From contig OX442314.1 in assembly GCA_949358305.1 (NCBI GenBank), positions 12,028,001-12,092,000 of the forward strand: a DNA stretch of 64,000 bases, given 5' to 3'. Below are positions 54,001 to 64,000 of the stretch, piece after piece; within the stretch, counting starts at the first letter, position 1, and each line of letters opens with the position of its first letter. The notes under the pieces were generated by a model. That model did not search any database and had not been told where the DNA came from. It saw only the letters and a list, made by a program, of their open reading frames with translations. Origin of the DNA: Strigamia acuminata (taxonomy: Eukaryota). A program made the translations under genes and the position numbers.

Positions 54001-56408
54001 AAACCACAACCGGCGTGACATTTGAAGTTGTTTATGCCGGGTTTTGGTTTTTGCAATTTAATTCAAAATGGCGTCGCTAAGTTTGGATTGATTGAGTGGA
54101 AAATAACATCTTTTGAGGTGACTATATCTAAGATTAAAGAGTTGAGAAGTGATGTAAGAGCTCCGTGTAAACAAACCAGCACTCGAAACAGGTTTGAAAT
54201 GTAAGAGTTAGGAGTAAGAGACAGCCATGAGCCTTTGTGGAACCACTTGATGGACAGTCCTGTGATCAAGTAGGCAACAAATCTAATATCCAATATTTTC
54301 TTGATTTTTATATTATTTGGCAGTTATTAAAAACTGCAAACAAGCATGAACGATGACCATATGGTTAAAAAATACATTGAAATTATGTTGCAATGTATTG
54401 CGATGTTTTTGGAAAGTCAAATATATTTCTTAATGCATTTTTTCAATTGTATTATGAAATGCATTATTTAATGTAATATTATATAATATTTTGGAAGGTT
54501 TTTGTTTTTGCGGTTTTTGATGATATTTTGTGACTGTTTTTGGTGTTCGTTCTGTTTATATAAACACACACAAAAAAAGGTTTGAACGTGTTGTGTTCGT
54601 GTCCGGAATAACAAGTGTAAAAATTAATTTTTCATTTTGTTGATTTTTGATTACTACTAGTAGTAGATATTTTTAACAACCAGAAGCATCAATTTTAATG
54701 ATGTCTCGTATTGTACTCTGGTGTGTGTGTCTCGTAATACAGGTTTCTATACGTTGGCAATTTATTTCACGTGTATAACACGTTGAGTTGTCGTGTAAAT
54801 GTGTCGAGACATGCGATCCGGGTTACCGAGTGATGCTGCTAGTGGACATTTGAGCCCACGGATTTTTTTTCCCGCGTCTCTTTTTCTTGCTTCAGTCATC
54901 GATCTTGTACAACACAAATGGACACGCGTAAGTTGACCGCGAAATATTATTTTTCACATGGCGACATAGTTTTTAGGATAAAAAATACGCTCGATGGCAA
55001 ATTATTTCGTAGAAAAAGTCTAAACAAAAATGCTATCGGAAATTTCAGAGAGAGAAATGTGTTTAGTACGGTGGGAAGAAACCATTAATAGGGTGGCCAC
55101 TTTGGGCTAGGATTTTCCATGTTAACCTGCGAGGGTTAGGCTTATTATTGCACGAGATGTTTTGACGTCTTTTTTTGTTTTTGTTTGCTGTTCAGACGTT
55201 TTGTTTCGAGCGAATAAAGAAATAGAAGTGTAAACAAGGTGGCATTTTGACGGACTAAGGAGAAATTTTTTTAGATTTATATATCAGCAACATTCCAAAC
55301 GTAATTATGCAACTTGATGCGTTTTGTTCGTCGTGTCGTTTAATAGCGCCGTAGTAGGGATTTCTTATGATCCACCTCACCAGAAACGTGAGTAAAAACA
55401 AAATTGGATGAAAGAAGGGTTCAATAATCTGTTGATTGGATGAAAATGAGGGAATTTTAATGGTCATTTATTTGTAAAACCGAAAAACTAAACTAGAAAA
55501 AGACAGAAACGAAATAATCTCACGCGTATTCATAGTCAGCCATGTTTTTCTCGTCTGTTTCTGCTGTTTACCGAGAGGGGATGGCAGCGTACTGTCTTGT
55601 TTACTTTAAATTATCATCTTTCAACACAATTTTATCAACTTAAATAAATAATTCGTTTGAAATCTCACTGCTCACTCGCGAATTGTTTGAAACACATCCA
55701 AGTTCACACAACGGTCATCCATCACTTGATTTTACAATGGCTCGAGAGCGCCGATTGACGACTGCCTCCACATTGCCAGGCGCCGTTATTCATCACACAA
55801 GAGCAGCTCGGATTCAGGTCAGGCGGGTGTGCGGAAACATACCCTTGTCTGGCCTCGGTGACCATGGCTCTTTCGCCAGATCTTGTTTACGTTAGACCAC
55901 TGTAATCTCGCGTCTGGTTTTGTCTCCATTCTCCAGATTGTAACCGATGGTTTCCGCGCCGATCGAGCAAATTATTCCAAAACGTTTCTTATGTGGAATT
56001 CGAAACGACGACTTGGCATGGCGGCGCTGCGCGACCGAGCGTGCACGAAAGCTACGTTTTGTTTGTGTGCCTTGGGTTGACGAGTCAATGAAAACATGCG
56101 GAATTGTTTCTCTGTCGACATTTATTTGTACGAAGGAAGGGAAAAGCATGGTAGGGATGAAGGGGATTAATTACGTGACTTCTGGGGACGCAAAATGATG
56201 ATGAAATATTTAAATTTCGGTACTATATTTCATTTTGACGACCGGAAAAGAAGTTTCAATTAAATTTTTATGTCGGGAACGTCGAATTTTTGATGTGATG
56301 TGTTTATAAATGGAGATTTTCAGGTTTGAAATGTCAAATAAAGGACCCAGTTGATCATTTTTATAATTATTTCAGTAGTTTATTTTTATATAAAAAATTA
56401 GTAATTAA

Positions 56409-56924
56409 TAGACCCCGGATATATATGCAAAATAAATTTATGCACCAAAAATTCCAATATATGCAAAAAAAAATTGAAATGTGCAAAATAAAAAAATTTA
56501 TTCGAGTGAAATCAGGTGTTAAATAACAACTTAATGCCATTTCAAAGTGTTCTTGATGTAAATGAACGAAAATTAGTAATTACAATTCATTTTTTTCTAT
56601 TTTTTTATTTGTATATTTGTTTATATCTTAAAACTTTTTCCAGACACTAATTTAGTGACTTTCCCTGGTGTCTGTTTTTGGCGAAATCTTCAGTTTTCCG
56701 AACGTAAGCATACGTAAATGATATGTGTCTTAAAAAAAAGGCAAAAATTGATACGTACATGTTACGTATCATTAAAAAGAGACATAAATCGCCGTTTTTT
56801 CCCGGAAAAATGGCAATATATGCATTTATTTTCCGATTTTCGGAAAATATGCAATTTAAGCCAATTTCGGCTATATATGCAATATACATACGAAGCAAGC
56901 ATTTATGCATTTATCTGGGGTCTA
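56409..56924. mobile_element. hAT-like MITE with perfect 8-bp TSD
   Basis: TIRs tagaccccggata / tatctggggtcta. TSD gtaattaa at 56401-56408 and 56925-56932. Confidence 0.85.
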
Positions 56925-59312
56925 GTAATTAACTTTAACTCTGGAAGTTACCAAGAGATTACGTCAGGATCGAATCAGACAGTTAGCATGTCACGCACAA
57001 ACTCTGTAGTGTAATTTACGTTTAATTTATTTAGAAAAATATCTTTGATGTATTTTTTTTGTCTAATTGTGAGCAAATTGGGGTAGTGTGTATGAAACCA
57101 GTTGATATCTGATTGGCAATTTTGTTTTCAGATAATTAGCATACTTGGCGCTGGATTTGTGCTGTTTTTTCTTCGGGGTGTTTACACAGCACCTCTACAC
57201 TTAATGAATTGCAAATGACTATAGCTTTCTAATTTGGCTGTGCGAGGAAGTGAACTGTGTATTAAAATCGGGCGAATTTAAGGCGAAATTGCTTTGCTCA
57301 AATTCTGACAACTATTTATCTCCCTTGATGGATGAGGAGCTCCTATTTTTGTAAGGTGTAACCTGGGATCATAATAAGAATGTCGTTTCATCCTTGTTAG
57401 TCGCGATGGAAGTGTTTTGTGCGCGAAGGTGCACAAAAACATGGGCGAGGTGATAAAACTTGAACACTCGGCGCGGCCATCATTCTTTGTATTGATACTT
57501 CGTTGGCGCTAGCGGGCCTTGTGTTGCTACGACGGGCTTAATGCTGTTTGCTGTCAAGATGGAAATATCTATCTGATCTTGAGTATTAAGCTCGATGTTG
57601 GCAGGAACAAGCTTTAATCAAAGCTCGTGTGGACGGAACAGAAAATGATTGAATCAAAATTTATTGGAATTTCGAGGCGAATTTGATTGGAAAAAATGAT
57701 ATTAGTTTATTGACCTTCTCGAGACGGAGATGATGTTGATTGTGGACAATAGTTAGGAAGGATTTTCGAATTGAAATTTTTTTTTTTTTTTTTAATAAAA
57801 ATTGTGCGCATGCGCAGATATGTTTTTTTTCTTTCTTTCAATTTTTGACGTTTTTATCGATTTTTGAGTTGCTTGTTTGTCCAGTATTTTGATTTATTGA
57901 AGGAGTTATCGTTTTACATGAGTTATTGATGGATGTATACGTTTGAAAAAGTGTTTAATCGAAAATGGCAAATGGAGTGTCGAGTCCAATCTGTTTTTGA
58001 AAAGATGCTGTGCAGGAAAGCGAAGTTTTGTCATAACAGGAAGAGGGGGTTCAGATGTTGCAATTTGGTGTATGATTTAAATCTATTGATGGCAAATTGA
58101 GCAAAATGTAACTATTTATGTTTGCTTGGAGTAATGTTAGTTATTTGAATTTGTTGCTTCCACCCGCGATGTGCTTTGCTGATTATATGCTTCGTCACTC
58201 CACTAATGAAATGCCAAGTCGGTGAATGAAATTTGTAAAATGAGAAAAAGTGTAATTTTAAGCTCCTGATTGATTTTTTTTTCTTTTTTGCTTTTGAATG
58301 ACGGAAAGAAAAGCAAAAAAAATTACTTTTGTTTTTGCATAAAATATTTTTTTTATTTTTTTTTTATTTTTTTTATTTTCTTTCCTTTTTCCTTATTTCT
58401 TTTTGTTTGTATTCAAACTGTTGTGATTGTGGAAATTTGTACGTGCCTAGAGCAGATTTCATAAGAAATAAAGGTGAGTGAATTCAATTGGCGACCGTAA
58501 TAGAAGAAAGGAAAATAAAATAGGAAAGAAAAAAATATACACCGAGGTACAAAAAAAAAAGAAATAAAAATGAATGAAAACAAATAAATAAATAAATAAT
58601 TTTTCTACTTTTGTTTTCAATTCCATGATCATGTTATGAAGCTTTGCACGGAAGCACTGGAAGGCAGAAAAGGGGGAAAATACAATTATTAGCACTCCGA
58701 ATTGATGCAGTTTATCGATTAGCTTCGGATTACCCAAAAATTCCAGTTTCACGTTACAATTTCATAATTAATTTATTGATTCTGTCCCATAATTTAGGCA
58801 CCAATCTGTTGTAACAATCGGTCGTAATGCAATAAAGTGAAATAACGGGCGTATTTGGCGCAATATTGAGCCAAAAAGTGTTTGAATGTGAAAATTTACG
58901 AGTATTTGGCCCAATAGTGTCAAAACAGATGTTAATTCTATTTATGTCGGTGTTTATTGACACTCGTGGCTTTAAATATCAATTCTTTCATCATCAAACG
59001 ACCGAGTATGATTCAGCAAGCTTGTTACAAACACAGGTTAAATGTGCAGATAAATGAGCGACTGTTTTCCAAGTTTAGAGTTTTATTAATACACAAGCAG
59101 GAGCCATTAAAACGGAGTCGGGAATTTCACCTTTACGAGCTTCGACTTCCTGTTCACGAGGGATTTAACTCGAGCTAATAGAAAGCGAAAAAAGTAAATT
59201 AAATTTTTCGATTCAACTTAGCATTTGATATTTCATTTTGACACGCTAAATTAATACCAAACAACGGGGTTTTTCTTTTTACTTGCTCTTTCTCTCGTGT
59301 TTGATGTCGACT

Positions 59313-59350
59313 GTCGTCGTCGTCGTCGTTGTTGTTGTTGTTGTTGTCGT
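59313..59350. repeat. Compound (GTC)n(GTT)n microsatellite
   Basis: gtcgtcgtcgtcgtcgttgttgttgttgttgttgtcgt. Confidence 0.9.
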
Positions 59351-61577
59351 TTCACTCGGCTCGAAATGGAACCATTTTTCTCATTCACTCGATGTTTAAA
59401 CTCGTTTTTCTTCATCTAAAACGTCGGCATTTCACTCCCCAACTTTTCTAATATATTAAAACATTTATAAATATTTTTTTTTTCACTTTCATAACACAAT
59501 GTATAAACACTGAGGTGAATTTACGAGTCCCAATATATTTTGCTTTACGAGTTATTGCTGGGAACGTGATGCCACAATTGTAAGTGGTTTCACTTGCTCG
59601 TCGCTTATTGGCCGGAGAAAGGTTTTTATACCTGTGTGAGGGAGAACTGATAGATGGCCTTAATCAACGCAAACAATGGCGCTTTTTTTTTCCTGTGATT
59701 TTTTTCTTATATACGGTATTTCAAAATTAATTTTTCGGAATTTATCATCTCCGACACGTTTTTGTGCCGGTTTACATGCATTTAAGCCTCGCGCTCTTAT
59801 TTAGTTGCATAAATCCGGGCGGAATTGGAATTGCACGGTTATCTTTCTCGATTTATTGCCAGAAGAAAAGAAATGGTTGCAATCTCGTCATGTTTTATGC
59901 CATCGGTCTTTTATTGGAATGCTTTGTTATTGGGGGCCCCGAGCCGCTTTTATTGTCCGATCGTGGTAGTTAAAAGTTAGCTATGTCTTTGTAGGTCGAG
60001 AATAAGGTGTACAAAGTGCAAATAAATGGGGGGAATCTATGCCCGACATGCAGAATGTCGTCTGAAGGATTATTTTTTAGTTTTTTTTTTCATGTTTACG
60101 ACATGTGTAATCAACAAATTTTGTCGGGCGCAATCGTGTTTTGTTCTCGTTGCGCAATAAATCAAAGTTAGGGTTAAGTTAGGGGTAAAAAAGGATAAAT
60201 ATATTGAAAACTCGTGGCACCATCTCCAATGTAAGTGCACTTTACATTTACATGGAAGGGGAAAAAATGATAAAAGAAGAAAAAAAGGCTGAGAGACGTG
60301 GAGATTTGTTGTGTTGTTTTGTTTTGTTCGAATCCAGAGGGGAGAAGCGAAGAAATTGCACTTTTTGCAGATAAAATCTAAAGAGAGAGTCAAGAAAAAT
60401 TATTTATTTATTTATTTAGGTTTTGTTTTTTTTTTTTTTTTTTTTTTAAGTTGGATTTGCGCATGCGCAGGTTTGAGTGGCGCAGATGACAGAGGCAACT
60501 GGTGCAGGTTAGCAAGGTGTTGCCGCGTGATTCGTGCGAGCTTCTTCTTACGATTTCCTTAAAAAAAAATCAATAATCACCGGTTGAGATCACGTGGGTT
60601 TTACTAAAGAGATATTGCACAATTATTATGCGCGGGAGGGAGTCGTGCAACTTCTTGCACCAATCTGAACAAGATCCGTCCTTTTTTTTAACATACAAAT
60701 GACTCGCACAAAAAAGTTTGTGCACTGATTCAATTTTTATTTCGTTCTTTTCCTTTTATTTTCGAACCGTTTAAAGAAAATTTTCAACTTTTTTTTTTTT
60801 TGTCTTTTAAGAGATTTTTTTTTTTTTTTAGCTATTTGATTCGGTTGAACGGTGTGTGATTTTTTTTTTGGAACTGCACCGTTACCATGAAACTCGTTGA
60901 CCCAACTGAGCATTTGAAATTGATGAGTGAGAGAATCTTTGGCTGACGGGACAAGGCGGCCACAATTTTCTCTCACGGCTCAGAGACTCTGATATGGTGA
61001 AATGAATGAGATAAATGTGAAATTGGAGCTTTGAAAAAGCGACATTAACTTTAAAAATGGAAGTGAAATTGAACTGAAATCGATTTGTCCTGTGTCAATA
61101 ACGATGCGCAATCATAGCTCTTGATTGACAACTCTACAAACTCGACATTTCGCATTTATAAATGGATTTTCTTGTCTTTTTTTCCATTCCTTTAACACGA
61201 TCAACCTTAAGAAATTTTTATTTTATTTATTTATTTATTTTATTTTATATATATATTTTTTTTTTGGGGGGGGGGGGGGAAGAAAAAGTGCAAACATTTT
61301 TTTTTTCACGATTGAGAGTCTCGAAACTTTTCACTTGAATTTTTGATGACACTCGTGTTATTTGTATATACAGTTGGCAGTTGACGACCCCCGAATGTCT
61401 CGTGGGAGGTTCTCGTTGATGGCAAACACCTGCGCGTTCGTTTTGGTCCCAGGTGGTTTTGATGTTTAGCACGGGGCCATTTCTGCGCGACTCAGTCAAG
61501 CGTGCGTTGGGCGATGGATTTAAACACAGTTGGCTGCTAAAAAGAAAAGTGTTTGAAATGACCGAACGAGAGAGAGT

Positions 61578-62737
61578 TGTAGTGACCCTAGTGGTCACTA
61601 GATGAAGAACAGAAATGTGTCTGGAAATATTTTATATATTTCATATTTTTATTTGAGTTTATTTTTTATGCCTGAACAGGAAGTCTGGCATAACTTGAAG
61701 ACATGAGGGTGGTTGCCAGGGCAACCAGCCCATGAGCTTCCTGTAACAGGAAATGCTTCCTGCAGAGAATGAGAAAAAATCTTCAGTCTGAAATCAACTT
61801 TGAGAGCAACAAGTCACAAAATCTACCCTGGGAAAATACAATTCTTCAAGTGGATTTGGTGAAAGATTGCCTGAGTATTTAGACTCCTTCTTGCAAATTG
61901 CTAAAGCAGTTTTGAGATGTTCTTGAGTATTGAGACTCATTTCTTACAATAACATAAAGTTATTGTGGGAGTTCTTGCTACTGTGTACATCCAGTAGTGG
62001 GAAATTTATCTTGCTGATTGAGCATATTCATCAGTGGGATTTTCATCTTGCCAAGCAGCCATTGTTTGGAGAGATCATCATTCTTGCCAAGCAGCCATTG
62101 TTTGGATGAGAAATCCTCATTGGGAAATTTGTCCCAGTCAACATAAAGCGGAATTTGCCGCAACCACGGAGTCATCAAGGAAGAAGAGTCGGAATTGTGT
62201 CCGAATCTGTTGCGAGTTTTGAGAGAGAAGAAACGGAATTGTGTCCGAGTTCAAGTCACCAAGAATTCGGAAATTTGTCCGGTTTAACCAGGAATGAACA
62301 TCGTGAGTAAAGAGTGAAGTTTGGACGCCGTTTTGAGGTTTGGAGCGGGCATTGAGGTCCGAGAGCGAGTATCGAGGTCCGAGAGCGAGCGTCGAGTGAA
62401 GAACGAGGTTCGAGAGCGAGCGTCGAGTGAAGAACGAAGTTCGAGAGCGAGCGACAAGCCATCGCCGCTATTTTGTATTATTTTCGCCATTTCACCTTCA
62501 ATTATTATTACTTTTACCTTTAATTCCTATTATTTAATTGTATTTTACTATTAGTTTATTCAAGCCAAGAATAAATCTTTTTCCTTTATTTAAGAACTAA
62601 TTAGTGATTATTTCTTCTTTGATTAGTCAGTTAAGATTTTAGAGTTGAGTTTTAGTAGAATTTTGATAAGTCCCGATGCGGCACCAATGAGAAAGAAATT
62701 TCACTATTATTTTATAGTGAAATTTGAGCTCATTACA
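61578..62737 (+). mobile_element. Probable 5' LTR (about 1.16 kb) of an LTR retrotransposon
   Basis: TG...CA ends with inverted termini tgtagtgacc / gctcattaca (8/10 complementary), internal tandem repeats (62047-62106 and 62354-62452), and aataaa at about 62569. Followed after a 2-nt spacer by a TGG primer site and a long ORF. An alternative start tgtaa lies at 61742. Confidence 0.7.
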
Positions 62738-62739
62738 CT

Positions 62740-62768
62740 TGGGGGCCTGGGCCTGAAAGATTTGAACC
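62740..62768 (+). other. Putative tRNA-Pro primer-binding site (split match)
   Basis: tgggggc-ctgggcctgaaa-gatttgaacc versus the complement of the eukaryotic tRNA-Pro 3' end, TGGGGGC-TCGTCCGG-GATTTGAACC. Confidence 0.6.
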
Positions 62769-63000
62769 TTAACAACTTTTATTTAGTTGAAGGACCTAAT
62801 TTGTTTGGAAAATTGTTTTGTGATAGGTTAATTAGATTGAGGAACTTCTATTTTTTGATTTGTAGTAAGAATAGGTGTGAATTTTTTTTTTTTTGGTTCT
62901 CAAACAAAAAAGGGGGAAAATGGTTAACAGAGTTTAGAAGATATTTTTCTAAGTTAAACTATTTCTTTCTTCATTATCCTATCTACTAAAAATTAACATC

Positions 63001-64000
63001 ATGTCTGATCATCATAAGAAACAAGTACAAAGACCAACCATGGAAGTTCAACAATCATCATTGCGATTGAAAAGATATAGTTTGCCACCACATTTGGGAT
63101 TGTTACACCACACAGAAGATATGTCGTCTCCGATTGCCATTAAGAACACAGATGACAGAAAACATTCCAAGATTGTTCAACGGGATCAAGAAAATTTTTT
63201 CCAAGATTTTACAATCAAGATGGCTGACCACCAACTACAAGCCAGCCAGAGTAGAAGTGGTACATTAACAATCCATAAGACACGGCAATCAAGAGATAAA
63301 AATGAAATGCGTCATTCTTCTTCACCACAGAACTATCAAAGAAGATGCGATCAACGAGATCAGGATATACCAAAATACGACATTCGATATGATAACCGAA
63401 ATGATTCGGGACTTGATAGTCGAAGCGAAGTTAATCAAAGAAAAGAAGAACATGGTCCTTCTACGTCACGAGAACGTTCGCTCAAAGACGATTTCCGCCA
63501 ATACGAGGACTTCCAGTCGCGAAATGAGTCGCACTACCGTGACAAAGAGTGTCAACAAGAGGACTCACATTCGCGAAACGAGTCGCGTTATTGTTGCGAA
63601 TCACGTCAACGCGAAAATTCAGATCCGCGAAATGAGTCGCATTATCATGACGAAATTTGCCACAGAAGTGAATCACGTTTTAAGAACAACTCACGTCCAA
63701 ACGAGGACTCAAATCAGCGAAATGAGTCGCGCTATCAGGACGAAGCCCGCCAGAAAAGTGAATCACATTTCAAAGACAAAGCGTGTCAGCAAAACGAGTA
63801 TGGTTACTCTTATCGAAATGAGTCGTATAACTTTGGTTCACCAGCAAACGCAATAAAAGAACAAGAATTCGTCTTGAAACAAACGGATGAAAGTCTAGCA
63901 AAATCTCCCTCGAGTTCCCAGGAATCAGTGGATTTAACAATGCAAACAGTGCAATCACCAAAACAATGCGTACCACGTGCCACATGTCAAAAGTGTTTAT
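63001..64000 (+). CDS. First ORF of the LTR element (gag position), 3'-truncated by the window; low-complexity protein with RNES(R/H)Y repeats
   Basis: I translated ATG 63001 to the window end: 333 codons with no stop (MSDHHKKQVQRPTMEVQQSSLRLKRYSLPPHLGLLHH...QSRNESHYRDKECQQEDSHSRNESRYCCES...PKQCVPRATCQKCL). It is presumably absent from the ORF track because it lacks a stop codon. No Gag motif is recognisable within the window. Confidence 0.7.
   Translation, partial: MSDHHKKQVQRPTMEVQQSSLRLKRYSLPPHLGLLHHTEDMSSPIAIKNTDDRKHSKIVQRDQENFFQDFTIKMADHQLQASQSRSGTLTIHKTRQSRDKNEMRHSSSPQNYQRRCDQRDQDIPKYDIRYDNRNDSGLDSRSEVNQRKEEHGPSTSRERSLKDDFRQYEDFQSRNESHYRDKECQQEDSHSRNESRYCCESRQRENSDPRNESHYHDEICHRSESRFKNNSRPNEDSNQRNESRYQDEARQKSESHFKDKACQQNEYGYSYRNESYNFGSPANAIKEQEFVLKQTDESLAKSPSSSQESVDLTMQTVQSPKQCVPRATCQKCL

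Noticed and set aside
59636..59660. ggagaactgata matches 12 nt of miR-184
   Set aside because: The seed end differs and no complementary hairpin arm is visible.
63302..63856. 184-aa ORF in the track
   Set aside because: It is a shadow frame overlapping the longer ATG-63001 ORF, and its openness is plausibly explained by the repeats. Dual coding cannot be excluded but is unsupported.

Overview
AT-rich eukaryotic DNA, most likely from an invertebrate animal; the repeat types look arthropod-like. It is not prokaryotic: I found no operons, CRISPR arrays or tRNA genes. Almost all ORFs in the supplied track are spurious. The window reads as a long intronic or regulatory region with a T/G-rich + strand and a few GA-rich promoter- or first-exon-like islands, and I could not identify a host gene. 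It is densely populated by non-autonomous transposons, several of them nested with recognisable TIRs and TSDs: hAT-like, Tc1/mariner/pogo-like, P-like, PIF/Harbinger-like and DINE-1/HINE-like. It also contains a 5S rRNA-derived SINE (about 9935-10266), a frameshifted SWIM-finger MULE-type transposase remnant (10372-10793), a degraded Gypsy pol fragment (about 13250-13490) and several minisatellites. The last 2.4 kb looks like the 5' end of an LTR retrotransposon: LTR 61578-62737, a split tRNA-Pro-like primer site, and an uninterrupted repeat-rich ORF of at least 333 codons from 63001 that the ORF track missed. I cannot support a clearly new biological system. The best leads are the LTR element's unusual first ORF and primer site, the 5S SINE, and the MITE nesting and cargo patterns. 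All coordinates were read by eye and may be off by a few bases.
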